Origin: a virus
IMG/VR virus record: IMGVR_UViG_3300029112_000175
Span: 1,552-65,551 of that record
Length of the DNA: 64,000 nt
Strand: one strand, 5' to 3'
The notes below the pieces were generated by a model, which was not told where the DNA came from, did not search any database, and saw only the letters and a list, made by a program, of their open reading frames with translations. The position numbers and the translations under genes were made by a program. Shown here piece after piece: positions 9,698-18,859 of the stretch (position 1 is its first letter; every line of letters begins with the position of its first letter).

Positions 9698-10411
9698 TCA
9701 ATTCGTCTCTTTATGTGTTTCATAGAAATATTCATTATACAGATCGTATCTCTTCTGGATATCCGCCCAATCTACATCACCATATTTATCTTTTGCCCAA
9801 TTTATAAACCTCTTAATATATCCACATGTTTTGAATTCAGGACAACCAAATCTGTATATGCAGTTTGGTGTGAGTACATCAGATTCTGCCGGATGTGTTT
9901 TATGTAATGTTATTTTAAAATCTTCTGCTAATTCTCTTGCGTCTTTAGTACAACAGAAACATAATCTCTTACGCCAAACATCAATTAAATTCTGCATGTT
10001 AGCGTATCCATCAAAATTTACAGGATTTTTCTGTGGAGCGTCATCTCTGGATAATGGATGATATTCAATATTCTGTTTTGTAGTTTCATCCCATACTGTA
10101 TAACCTTTTTCAGTATTAAGTTCTGAAAATCCTCTATCGTCTCTTGCTGTAGATATAAATTTTTCATATTTGTGACGGCTCATTTCAGTGCTCAACCAAT
10201 ATTTAATTGCTTTCCAAGTCCAATCAAATTCAAGCAATCTAATAGGACTATGCTCAGAAATAAGCAGTTTTTTCTTAAAAATATCTGTAGCATCTTTTTC
10301 TGTAAAATCTTTGTTATCTGTTGTACGGCAATGATTCTTTACTCTTCTCCAATCATCGCCAATCCAATTAAAAACCGTTTTCATTTTCTTCCTTCTCCTC
10401 CCATTTTTCAT
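9698..10411 (-). CDS. Possible flavin-dependent thymidylate synthase (ThyX)-like protein; true start probably the second Met (10384)
   Basis: Weak ThyX-like segments EHSPIRLLEF and SRHKYEKFISTARDDRG (RHR..S..R-like). A strong SD GGAGGAGAAGGAAG precedes the internal ATG (MKTVFNW). Confidence 0.3.
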   Translation of the reverse strand: MKNGRRRKKMKTVFNWIGDDWRRVKNHCRTTDNKDFTEKDATDIFKKKLLISEHSPIRLLEFDWTWKAIKYWLSTEMSRHKYEKFISTARDDRGFSELNTEKGYTVWDETTKQNIEYHPLSRDDAPQKNPVNFDGYANMQNLIDVWRKRLCFCCTKDARELAEDFKITLHKTHPAESDVLTPNCIYRFGCPEFKTCGYIKRFINWAKDKYGDVDWADIQKRYDLYNEYFYETHKETN

Positions 10412-10698
10412 TTAATCTCATTGCTGACCAAGCACTTAACGTACACGGAAGCGCAAGCATTCCAATTACTGTTATTACTAATAGAATACAAATTATTCCC
10501 ATCATGAAATCTAGCATTATATTCTTCACTAGGCACCTCCACCATATGGTATTGTTGTAATTTTATAAATCCAGTTGTTAATGTTGAAAACTAATCCTGT
10601 AGAGATATATTTTCCTGATTTAGTTAAATATCCTACATATTTCTTCTTTAATACTTTTGAATTCATATGTATTTATCCTTTCTGATGAAACTGAACTT

Positions 10699-10944
10699 TT
10701 AGCGCCAAGAAATATTCCAAAAAGATTCATTATACTGAGAATCACTTTTTACTTTATAGCCCATTTTTCGTAATTTTTCTATAATAGCAAAGCTTAACGC
10801 ATCATCTCCACTAATAGAAAATTCTCCTTTGTCTATAGCTGCTCGAATTTCTGAATTGATCTCTGCCATTTTCTGTGATGTTAAATTATCAATACTCTGC
10901 TCTGTCATAGCTTTTGCTTCAGCAGCAGATAATAACTTTTCCAT
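10699..10944 (-). CDS. hypothetical protein
   Basis: ORF in array. Confidence 0.35.
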   Translation of the reverse strand: MEKLLSAAEAKAMTEQSIDNLTSQKMAEINSEIRAAIDKGEFSISGDDALSFAIIEKLRKMGYKVKSDSQYNESFWNISWR

Positions 10945-10995
10945 TTATATGTTCTCCTTTTTAATTGTTTTCTTGGAAATCTAAGCTGAACTGCT

Positions 10996-11343
10996 CTAAG
11001 AATTTTTATTTAAGATACTTCCTTTACTGTCCAAAAAAAATACATAATCGCCATTTTCTTGTTTGTAGTTAGAAATATCATTACTTTTAATGGTGATTTT
11101 TGTTCCCATTTCTAAACAACAATATTCCATAAAGAATTTATTACAAGAAGAAGCTGGAATAATTCTAAATGCATTTTCTCCTGCAACTTTAATATCAAAC
11201 GGAACTTCGACCTTAAAACATGAATCAACAACCTCAAGCACTCTAATTGTATTTAAAATAATATTCTTTTTTCGTAAATCACAATAACTTCCATTAAACA
11301 TTTCGGTTTCGTAAACTTTTACTAATTCTTCATGTTTTTCCAT
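10996..11343 (-). CDS. hypothetical protein
   Basis: ORF in array. Confidence 0.35.
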   Translation of the reverse strand: MEKHEELVKVYETEMFNGSYCDLRKKNIILNTIRVLEVVDSCFKVEVPFDIKVAGENAFRIIPASSCNKFFMEYCCLEMGTKITIKSNDISNYKQENGDYVFFLDSKGSILNKNS

Positions 11344-11375
11344 ACTTTATATTTCCTTATATTTTTAATTTTTCA

Positions 11376-11606
11376 CTAATAATATTTATTGGTAATTCCA
11401 ACTCCATTATTTTTCTGAATATCACTTCTGCTTGCTAAAATTTGATATTTAACCTTACAACAATTATGAGGATTGCCACCGCATTTAGTGATATCGTATC
11501 CATGTTCGCACCAAAAATGTTCATTATATCCTTCATAATAACAGCATTTATCTCCTAATTTGTTCTGCCATTTGTTAGGATCATGCCTTGGTTTGTTCTT
11601 TCCCAC
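11376..11606 (-). CDS. Cys-rich small protein
   Basis: Multiple CC/CxxC pairs. Confidence 0.35.
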   Translation of the reverse strand: MGKNKPRHDPNKWQNKLGDKCCYYEGYNEHFWCEHGYDITKCGGNPHNCCKVKYQILASRSDIQKNNGVGITNKYY

Positions 11607-11609
11607 ACT

Positions 11610-11810
11610 CTACTCCTTTGTATTTAAGTGGCAAATATGCCCTAATGGATTTCCAGCACATTTAATCACACCGATAAAAATCAAATCATCATGTCCTTTT
11701 AATTCTTCTAAATCCTTGTATGCTTCTGCTGCCGTATCTTTTCCTGTACATGTTATACTGTTCCCATACATATCCTTGCAGCAAGCATAATACTTATACT
11801 GCTTTGCCAT
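11610..11810 (-). CDS. Cys-rich small protein
   Basis: ORF abutting neighbours. Confidence 0.35.
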   Translation of the reverse strand: MAKQYKYYACCKDMYGNSITCTGKDTAAEAYKDLEELKGHDDLIFIGVIKCAGNPLGHICHLNTKE

Positions 11811-12271
11811 TATCTCAACTCCATTTCGCCATACTTCAGATCATTATTACTGAATACCTTGCATCCTCTATATTCTCCTAAATAATCTACTCCTAATCCT
11901 GGACTATCCATTGGTGACGCCACTAAAAATGAATCGATCATCTTGCCGTTTACAAATATGTATGGAGATCTTTTCTGTGAATTTTCATATAACTGGATTT
12001 CGGTCATAATTTTCTCCGAGTCAAGAATCGTCTTTAGAATTGAAAACTTTGCCATTTTATCACCGTTCAATCTTGGATTCTTACCAATTGATTTACACAT
12101 CTCTATATAATCATCTACAGCTTTATGGAACTCATCTTCGATTGTAGAAATATTCTCAGAATGAAAACTAACGGAATCATCAATATTGATAATTTCGCCA
12201 CAATAGACATCATCTTCTTGACTGTAGACGATTCTGGTTTTATAACCTTTGTATTCTAAAATTTTATTCAT
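11810..12271 (-). CDS. hypothetical protein
   Basis: ORF in array. Confidence 0.4.
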   Translation of the reverse strand: MNKILEYKGYKTRIVYSQEDDVYCGEIINIDDSVSFHSENISTIEDEFHKAVDDYIEMCKSIGKNPRLNGDKMAKFSILKTILDSEKIMTEIQLYENSQKRSPYIFVNGKMIDSFLVASPMDSPGLGVDYLGEYRGCKVFSNNDLKYGEMELR

Positions 12272-12287
12272 AATTTATTGTGCTTTC

Positions 12288-12506
12288 TTATTTAAAATAT
12301 TTTCTTGGAACAATAGGAAATTTTGTATAAGTATTATTTTGATCTTTAATTAAACCTAATGCTGAAAAATCAGAGATTGGTCTTAAAATATTACACTCTT
12401 TTATATCGCAGTTTGCGCCATATTCACAGGTGTAACAGCTAAAATTCCATGTAGAAAACAGACAATCTTCTGGTTTTTCTGGCATCTTATCTACTATGAT
12501 TTTCAT
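12288..12506 (-). CDS. Cys-rich small protein
   Basis: ORF in array. Confidence 0.35.
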   Translation of the reverse strand: MKIIVDKMPEKPEDCLFSTWNFSCYTCEYGANCDIKECNILRPISDFSALGLIKDQNNTYTKFPIVPRKYFK

Positions 12507-12519
12507 TGTTCTTCACCTT

Positions 12520-12900
12520 CTAATTTAAAATAATCCAACCGTCACGATGTTCTCCATTTTTACTACCTTTATCATCTTCTTTATATGGCCAATGATATGG
12601 CGCATCTGTATAAAATTCTGTATCTTGTGTAAAATGGATTTCATTATAAATTGGATTCCACAAAACACCATCCATCTCTGTAGCACAGCATTCCCAGCCA
12701 CTATTGGACATCAAATGTACATCTTCTGGAACGTTATTTTTCTCAATAATATTTTTCAACTGTTCGTATGTCATAATTCTTCTCCTTCTGTAGTTACCCA
12801 TTTCTTCTCTTTTTTCTTCTCGATCTTTAGCTCTCTGTCGTTTTAGCACTTTGCAATTATTACAATTATTCTTATTTTTACAGAACCAGCAACCATCCAC
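12520..12900 (-). CDS. hypothetical protein with N-terminal Cys cluster
   Basis: N-terminal CWFCKNKNNCNNC cluster. Confidence 0.35.
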   Translation of the reverse strand: MDGCWFCKNKNNCNNCKVLKRQRAKDREEKREEMGNYRRRRIMTYEQLKNIIEKNNVPEDVHLMSNSGWECCATEMDGVLWNPIYNEIHFTQDTEFYTDAPYHWPYKEDDKGSKNGEHRDGWIILN

Positions 12901-12975
12901 ATCTAACCAGAAATAACCTGGTGGTTGTGGTCTTGGTTTTCTTTTTGGTTTTCCCCATTATTTCATTCTCCAAAA

Positions 12976-13323
12976 TTATTTCAAATCAATAATATTATGT
13001 TTCTCAGATCCATCATCATATTTCTTAATTTCTAATGTTCCAATTGTATATTCTCCAATTTGATTAGAATATTTGTTATATATTTCATAACCAGATATAT
13101 CATAATCAACATCTTCATATTCAACTGTAATTTGATAGACTGCAGGATGAGTAATCATTGTTGTCGTCTTACCATTAAAGACTGGTGTGATATACCTTGC
13201 TCTGTGATATTTATCGACTATTTTTACCTGAACGGTATAATTTGTTGTACTGATTAATTTTTTACATCCAGATAAAAGTAAACAGCTAAGACTTACCGCC
13301 AATAAAAATATTCTTAAAATCAT
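12976..13323 (-). CDS. putative lipoprotein
   Basis: Signal peptide with lipobox LLLSGC at the N-terminus. Confidence 0.5.
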   Translation of the reverse strand: MILRIFLLAVSLSCLLLSGCKKLISTTNYTVQVKIVDKYHRARYITPVFNGKTTTMITHPAVYQITVEYEDVDYDISGYEIYNKYSNQIGEYTIGTLEIKKYDDGSEKHNIIDLK

Positions 13324-13350
13324 CTATTAATCCTCCAATGAAAGTGCGAT

Positions 13351-13584
13351 TTAATCTTCTTTCAGATAATCTTTATAAATGAAATATGGTGTACATTGAC
13401 TGGCTAACATTGCCGCAATTGCCATCCCATGTATAATTGCAAGTTTACACTGTTCATCACCTTCAAACACAGTAGAAGCAACCATTTTATTTAACTCATC
13501 AGATGCTATGTAGTCTATGATTTTTCGCTGAAGTTCTACGGGGTCTACAACAATTTTATAATCTGATAAATTGATGTCGTTCAT
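13351..13584 (-). CDS. hypothetical protein
   Basis: ORF in array. Confidence 0.4.
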   Translation of the reverse strand: MNDINLSDYKIVVDPVELQRKIIDYIASDELNKMVASTVFEGDEQCKLAIIHGMAIAAMLASQCTPYFIYKDYLKED

Positions 13585-13764
13585 TTATTCACAACCTTTC
13601 ATATATTTCATGGCATCTACATATTGCATACCTTTTATTTCTTCATACAAACACCATGCATGGTATTTACTGCATAATTTTTCCCAATCCTTTTCGTCTA
13701 CTATGTAATCAGGACATCTGGCGTCACAAAAATCGCAAAATGCATTTCTAATACAATATCCCAT
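13585..13764 (-). CDS. small Cys-rich protein (59 aa, not in ORF track)
   Basis: Manual translation gives MGYCIRNAFCDFCDARCPDYIVDEKDWEKLCSKYHAWCLYEEIKGMQYVDAMKYMKGCE. SD AGGAGAT sits 5 nt upstream. Its stop abuts the ATG of the next gene. Confidence 0.5.
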   Translation of the reverse strand: MGYCIRNAFCDFCDARCPDYIVDEKDWEKLCSKYHAWCLYEEIKGMQYVDAMKYMKGCE

Positions 13765-13774
13765 AATTTATCTC

Positions 13775-13936
13775 CTAAAACCCATGTTTGATCTCCGCAT
13801 AAACTAATACAATATAAATAATCACACAAACTAAAGTTGTAAAAAAGTTATATTTCCCAGTCATTCCATGATTTGCTAGTGCTATACCTAAATTCAGCAT
13901 CATTATGCAGCAGAAAATAATAAAATAAATATTCAT
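13775..13936 (-). CDS. small membrane protein (53 aa, not in ORF track)
   Basis: MNIYFIIFCCIMMLNLGIALANHG...VCVIIYIVLVYAEIKHGF has two hydrophobic segments. SD AAAGGA precedes the ATG. Confidence 0.45.
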   Translation of the reverse strand: MNIYFIIFCCIMMLNLGIALANHGMTGKYNFFTTLVCVIIYIVLVYAEIKHGF

Positions 13937-13947
13937 CTTTGATCCTT

Positions 13948-14118
13948 TCAATGATTGTATTTCATCTCTTTTTCAAAAATAGCCATAGCATCCCTCAATC
14001 CTTGATTATATGCTTGTGCAATTTTATACTCTTCGGATTCTTTAATACCTTTCATAGATGTATCCAAAATCTTCATGGATGTAAAAATTTCTTTTCTGAT
14101 TTGATCTATTTTATCCAT
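13948..14118 (-). CDS. small hypothetical protein (56 aa, not in ORF track)
   Basis: MDKIDQIRKEIFTSMKILDTSMKGIKESEEYKIAQAYNQGLRDAMAIFEKEMKYNH. SD GGAGACGG precedes the ATG. Confidence 0.45.
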   Translation of the reverse strand: MDKIDQIRKEIFTSMKILDTSMKGIKESEEYKIAQAYNQGLRDAMAIFEKEMKYNH

Positions 14119-14130
14119 ATCTGCCGTCTC

Positions 14131-14268
14131 CTATTGCACTTTTGAATATCTACAAGATAATGTATCCGCAACTGTTACATATCCATACCCTGTAGTTGAA
14201 CACTTTTTAAGCTGGCAAGTACCATTGTTTTTATGATAATAAATACATTCTTTACATTTGTTTCCCAT
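14131..14268 (-). CDS. small Cys-rich protein (45 aa, not in ORF track)
   Basis: MGNKCKECIYYHKNNGTCQLKKCSTTGYGYVTVADTLSCRYSKVQ. SD AAAGGTG precedes the ATG. Confidence 0.4.
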   Translation of the reverse strand: MGNKCKECIYYHKNNGTCQLKKCSTTGYGYVTVADTLSCRYSKVQ

Positions 14269-14293
14269 AGAACACCTTTCTCAGAAGCGCAGT

Positions 14294-14440
14294 TTATTCT
14301 TCTTCTAGTACCAAAATTGCTTTATAATATTTGCTATTGCAAGAACTTGCTTCTACTTTGTACCCTTCTGATAAATACTCGTTCATTTTATTTTCAAATT
14401 CTACTCTACTTTCAATTTCTAAAACTACACATTTTTTCAT
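14294..14440 (-). CDS. small hypothetical protein (48 aa, not in ORF track)
   Basis: MKKCVVLEIESRVEFENKMNEYLSEGYKVEASSCNSKYYKAILVLEEE. Strong SD AAGAGGAGAAAAC precedes the ATG. Confidence 0.45.
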   Translation of the reverse strand: MKKCVVLEIESRVEFENKMNEYLSEGYKVEASSCNSKYYKAILVLEEE

Positions 14441-14477
14441 ATTGTTTTCTCCTCTTGGAACTCACATTTCATGTTAA

Positions 14478-15086
14478 CTACAACCATCTTACTACCGGTT
14501 CAGATGTACTTCCTTTCTCCCAAACAAACCAAGCATGACACATAGTTGTCGCCCAACGTTTTCCTGTCTTTGGGTCTTTCTCTAATCCACTATTCCAAGT
14601 CGCCATTCTGTTTCTGAAAACATAAATGTACTTCGGCGGATATTTGTCAAATAACTCCTTCCTCTTAGCACCTTCCAAGAACTGGATTTTGAGAAACATA
14701 GCCATTTGACCATCATCTTCCAGTAACTCCATACCCTTTTCTACAAATTCCTTTGCGAGCGAGTACGGTGGATTTGTGATAATTCCTTCATATTTTTTAT
14801 CAGTTTTATATGTAAGGAAATCAGCAACAATTGTTCCAGGATATCCTCGATCTACTAAGTCCATCCCTGTAATTTCTCTCTTGGTTGTATAAAAATCATT
14901 GATTGCATTAGCGATATGCCCACCACCAACACAAGGCTCCAAAATTGTATGTGCATCAAATGTATATTTAGTCAGCAACATTTTTACTGCTTCTGGATTA
15001 GTTGCATAGTAATCATCTTCAACCCTTCCATTTTCTGGATTGCCGCCTGCAAGCTTTGCACCCGCTAATACTTTCTTGTTGTTCAT
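14478..15086 (-). CDS. DNA N6-adenine methyltransferase (orphan, small)
   Basis: Motif I EPCVGGGH followed by motif IV IITNPPYS. Confidence 0.65.
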   Translation of the reverse strand: MNNKKVLAGAKLAGGNPENGRVEDDYYATNPEAVKMLLTKYTFDAHTILEPCVGGGHIANAINDFYTTKREITGMDLVDRGYPGTIVADFLTYKTDKKYEGIITNPPYSLAKEFVEKGMELLEDDGQMAMFLKIQFLEGAKRKELFDKYPPKYIYVFRNRMATWNSGLEKDPKTGKRWATTMCHAWFVWEKGSTSEPVVRWL

Positions 15087-15169
15087 TTCTTCACCAGAAA
15101 GGTGACATGTCCTTAGTAGCTACCCTAACTTTTTCCTTTCTGATTTGTTATTCTCTTATTTATTAGATG

Positions 15170-15910
15170 TTAATTGCTATATTCTGTTACTCTTTTACTT
15201 CCTATTTCAAAAATGTCTTTATCCTTTTCGAAACAAATATAATTTCTTCCTGTGTTCATAGCTGCAATTGCTGTTGTACAACTACCGGCACAAGAATCCA
15301 AAATCAAATCGCCAGGATTAGAATATGTTTTAATAAGTTCCTCGATCAGAGCAACAGGTTTTTGTGTGCCATGATAGGCTGCTTTTTGAGTATCTTTAGC
15401 AAATGTCCATACTGACTTCGGATATCGTTTTGTAGAGTCATAATCCTGCCATTCGCTCTTACCATAATCCGTTGATTCTTTTGCATTTACATGATGTGCC
15501 GCCTTTAATACTTTTCTTTCATGACCGTCTGTCATTTGAGGATTATATGTAGGTGGTTTCTTGTAGAAAATACAGATATCTTCATGAGAACGTAACGGCA
15601 TTTTCTTGGCATTTAGAAATCCGGTTGGCTGTGTTTTCTGCCAGATAAGATTATATTTCCAAAGCTTACGATTACTCTCCATTAAATCAGCAGTGAACAT
15701 GCCACTCCCAAATAGAATAATTGCACCGTTATCTTTGATAATTCTTTCATACTGTTCCCATAATGACTCAAACGGAATAACCGAATCCCATTTATTGCGA
15801 CTGGTAATTCCGAAAGGAAGATCTGTGATGATTGCATCTATTGATTTATCATCAATTTTCTTCATACCTTCAAGGCAATCTTCATTGTAGATTTTATTGA
15901 TTTCTAACAT
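15170..15910 (-). CDS. DNA methyltransferase (beta-class N6A/N4C, orphan)
   Basis: Motif IV-like ITDLPFG near the N-terminus. Motif I LILDSCAGSCTTAIAA near the C-terminus. This is beta-class MTase architecture. Confidence 0.65.
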   Translation of the reverse strand: MLEINKIYNEDCLEGMKKIDDKSIDAIITDLPFGITSRNKWDSVIPFESLWEQYERIIKDNGAIILFGSGMFTADLMESNRKLWKYNLIWQKTQPTGFLNAKKMPLRSHEDICIFYKKPPTYNPQMTDGHERKVLKAAHHVNAKESTDYGKSEWQDYDSTKRYPKSVWTFAKDTQKAAYHGTQKPVALIEELIKTYSNPGDLILDSCAGSCTTAIAAMNTGRNYICFEKDKDIFEIGSKRVTEYSN

Positions 15911-15984
15911 CTAATACTTAGAGCAAATCATGATTTTACGCTGCAGCAAATCTCTTGCTCCTTTCGTATTGTTATTCTTTTAGT

Positions 15985-16263
15985 TTATTCTGGAATTTTT
16001 GAACAGAAACGCTCATTGATAGATACGACTTCTAATTTGATATGATTTTTGATAAGGTTATCAACTGCTTTATCTAAATTACCATTGACCGCTTTTATTT
16101 CATTTATTACTTTATATATGGCATCTTTCGTATACACTGTCGCATCATCTACAAATTCTTTTGCATCCTTCTCTAAAATAACTTTCACAGGTTTATCGTC
16201 TGCCGTAGGAAGAATGTAAATCTTATGATTTTCAACATCTCTGACTGCTATAATTTCCGTCAT
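15985..16263 (-). CDS. hypothetical protein
   Basis: ORF in array. Confidence 0.4.
   Translation of the reverse strand: MTEIIAVRDVENHKIYILPTADDKPVKVILEKDAKEFVDDATVYTKDAIYKVINEIKAVNGNLDKAVDNLIKNHIKLEVVSINERFCSKIPE
15989..16022 (-). promoter_or_regulatory. Copy 1 of a ~33-nt conserved motif (GGAATTTTTGAACAGAAACGCTCATTGATAGAT), upstream of the methyltransferase gene
   Basis: About 29/33 identity with copy 2 at 47557-47590. It overlaps the C-terminal codons of ORF 15985..16263. Confidence 0.35.
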
Positions 16264-16765
16264 GTTCTAACACCTCTTTAGGGCAAAAAACAATTTCCTT
16301 ACCAGCCTTTTGAGCTTTGCGAATCGTAGACCAAACACCGCCAGATTTGTTTCCGTCCCAAATTGCTAATAATACATCACAATGATCAACCATGTATTGA
16401 TCTCTTACATTATCACAGCCTTTATAGAATTCATCTGATAATTCTACCCATTCATCTGCATACTTCTTCATGTCTTTATAAAATGGATGCGATGAATTAT
16501 AATTTTTACATGGCAGAACACAATGTAACACTAATGGAATAATTCTATTTACTTTTGCTAATGCGGCTACAGTTCCAAATACAAAATCGCTTCCAGAAGC
16601 CATACCACAATAAACTTCCAAATTTTTTCCATTTAAATAAGAAACTTCATTCATTTTAAAAAGCTGTTCTATAATCCATTCTTCAATTTTCTTCCAGGCG
16701 ATATCTGATTCATCTTCTGGCAGTCCTAATCTTTGTGGTCTATGACCTGTTAATGCTACTCTCAT
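16232..16765 (-). CDS. SLOG-superfamily YpsA/DUF1273-like Rossmann protein
   Basis: ALTGHRP resembles the YpsA AITGYKP motif. CGMASGSDFVFGT and DVLLAIWDGNKSGG are also similar to YpsA blocks. Confidence 0.5.
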   Translation of the reverse strand: MRVALTGHRPQRLGLPEDESDIAWKKIEEWIIEQLFKMNEVSYLNGKNLEVYCGMASGSDFVFGTVAALAKVNRIIPLVLHCVLPCKNYNSSHPFYKDMKKYADEWVELSDEFYKGCDNVRDQYMVDHCDVLLAIWDGNKSGGVWSTIRKAQKAGKEIVFCPKEVLEHDGNYSSQRC

Positions 16766-16773
16766 ATATCCTC

Positions 16774-17079
16774 CTATAACAGTACCGCCTTCACATCACC
16801 ACAAGTAATATTGGGTTCATACGATGGTTTTTCTAAAGTGGCTGGTGTTGGCGTTCCTGTGATCTCCTGTCTAGTGGTAGGCAGTGGCGTATTGGTAATA
16901 GTCCAAAGTGGTTTTGGAATAGTCTGTGAGTTCTTACCATCATCATATCCTGCCTGGTAAACCTCATCTAAAATTTCTTTTAATCGTTTCTTATCAATAG
17001 AAACCTGATCGTTTCCAATATCTTCAAAATCAAAATATACTGCTGGCTTCATAAGTACATTCTCCTTCCATATCATCAT
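16774..17079 (-). CDS. hypothetical protein
   Basis: ORF in array. Confidence 0.35.
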   Translation of the reverse strand: MMIWKENVLMKPAVYFDFEDIGNDQVSIDKKRLKEILDEVYQAGYDDGKNSQTIPKPLWTITNTPLPTTRQEITGTPTPATLEKPSYEPNITCGDVKAVLL

Positions 17080-17105
17080 TTTTTAAATTCTTTGCTTCTA
17101 CAAAA

Positions 17106-17396
17106 CTATTGAACAAACCCCTCATTACATTTATCCAATAAACATTTGTTAACAACATCGTCTACTATCTCAAAAAGTTCATGACTCATTCTAAAACAAC
17201 GAAACTTTTTGTTCCTGTCTTTATTGTAATCACTTCTTAATGTACAAAATCCAGCTCTTTTTCTTTTGTTGTTATCCCAATGCTTAGGATCTGCATAAAA
17301 TACCTGTTTATCAGCTTTATATTTTTCCTTGTCGTGTCGTAATTGTTTCTCAATCCTTATTTTTCCATCTTCTAGGGATTTATTATATGGCGTCAT
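17106..17396 (-). CDS. hypothetical protein
   Basis: ORF in array. Confidence 0.35.
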   Translation of the reverse strand: MTPYNKSLEDGKIRIEKQLRHDKEKYKADKQVFYADPKHWDNNKRKRAGFCTLRSDYNKDRNKKFRCFRMSHELFEIVDDVVNKCLLDKCNEGFVQ

Positions 17397-17438
17397 TTAG
17401 CTCCTTCTGCACTCATGAAATTTCTCTTTTGTCTTATT

Positions 17439-17669
17439 CTATTTTCCTCTCATTTTCTTGTTCCATGCTTTTAAGGCATTTTCAGGTGTTTTGCATAATC
17501 CTGTTTTATTGTTATTAAGATCTCCATCTGTCCATTTGCATTCCCAACAAATAATTCTATATCCTCTAGTGTTAGTATTTGGGATAATATCTTTTTCCAC
17601 CACAATTCTTGGAATACAGCCGCATTTCCTACATTTTAATACATGGCTTTCAAAATACTCTTCTGTCAT
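17439..17669 (-). CDS. zinc-ribbon small protein
   Basis: CRKCGC...CWECKW four-Cys pattern. Confidence 0.4.
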   Translation of the reverse strand: MTEEYFESHVLKCRKCGCIPRIVVEKDIIPNTNTRGYRIICWECKWTDGDLNNNKTGLCKTPENALKAWNKKMRGK

Positions 17670-17732
17670 TTATTATCTTCTCCTTTTTTATTTTTTTAAA
17701 TAAAAATAAATTCAAACATCACTTTATCTTTT

Positions 17733-17951
17733 CTATGAAAAAACTTTTCTATTTTCATGAACACTAATCCCAATTGTAGAAACAGCTAATCCATAATATT
17801 TTGAAGCATCAGTCATCGAATCAAAACATTTACCGTCATTTAAACATTTAACTTTCTTTGAAAGAACCTCTTTTGTTCTTTCTATGGCTCTTTCCCAATT
17901 TTTTTCATTACCTAATCTAGTATATGGTAACATGTTATCCCTTCTCTTCAT
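17733..17951 (-). CDS. small protein translationally coupled to the radical-SAM gene
   Basis: Its ATG overlaps the radical-SAM TGA as ATGA, inside the repeated 14-mer TCATTCTGAAACGG. Confidence 0.45.
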   Translation of the reverse strand: MKRRDNMLPYTRLGNEKNWERAIERTKEVLSKKVKCLNDGKCFDSMTDASKYYGLAVSTIGISVHENRKVFS

Positions 17952-18859
17952 TCTGAAACGGCATCATATATCTTACCTACTTCATATTTGTAGTCCTCAA
18001 TCTTAGTTCTTCGGTAATAATCACAATAACAATGTCCATCAGTATCAATTACGTATTCAATACCTTTTGTAAGAATAGATGTATCCGATACTCCATGTAA
18101 GAAAAATACCCTCATGCCATCCTTTCTACGAAGCCTGCACCAATGAGAATCTGTTGTTTCTTCATAATTTATTGTATCAAATTGCCATCTTTCATTTTTA
18201 CTTTCAATAAGGTATTCATCAAATATCTTAAATTCTTTCCAAAAAACATCACATCTAAATCTAACAGAAATAAACCCGCATAATTTAGCCCAAGCAATAA
18301 ACATATCCCTCCATTGCCGAAAATTTTCAATTGGTCTAAATATAACCGCACACGCCGACACTGTAATTCCAATATTGTTTAAAGCTTTAATTATATATGT
18401 ATATTCTCCGATACCGATACAAAATCCTAATATTTCGTTTCTTCTATATGGACTCCAATCATGTACTGAAATATTTACATAATTTACAACATCTTTCATA
18501 TACGGGATAACTGCTTTAAGATTCGATCCATTGGATGTCAATGTCACTCTTAGAACTTTAGATTTAATATCATATTCTTTTAGTTTTATCAGCACATCCT
18601 TTAATAATTCAATATCTAATGTAGGCTCGCCACCAGTTATATCAAGAGAAACTGGATTTTTGTTACCAATCAGAGTAATGATATTGTCAAGCGAGGCCAT
18701 AAAGTTATATAAAAATTGTTCCTTGTCATATGATACTTGTTTATCTTTATTGTAACAAAACGGGCATTTGGCATTGCATCCGCTAGGTATCACTAATTTT
18801 ACAGTAATTACCTTATTGTAGTCTTTTCTTTCTATGTATTTCACATTAATCACCATCAT
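17948..18859 (-). CDS. Radical SAM enzyme of unknown function
   Basis: CNAKCPFC (CxxxCxxC) at residues ~28-35. GGEPT glycine-rich SAM motif. C-terminal Cys residues (HCYCDYY). Confidence 0.7.
   Translation of the reverse strand: MMVINVKYIERKDYNKVITVKLVIPSGCNAKCPFCYNKDKQVSYDKEQFLYNFMASLDNIITLIGNKNPVSLDITGGEPTLDIELLKDVLIKLKEYDIKSKVLRVTLTSNGSNLKAVIPYMKDVVNYVNISVHDWSPYRRNEILGFCIGIGEYTYIIKALNNIGITVSACAVIFRPIENFRQWRDMFIAWAKLCGFISVRFRCDVFWKEFKIFDEYLIESKNERWQFDTINYEETTDSHWCRLRRKDGMRVFFLHGVSDTSILTKGIEYVIDTDGHCYCDYYRRTKIEDYKYEVGKIYDAVSE

Noticed and set aside
9698-10411. Confident ThyX call.
   Set aside because: Only partial agreement with ThyX RHR/Ser motifs (SRHKYEKFISTARD). Kept as a low-confidence suggestion.
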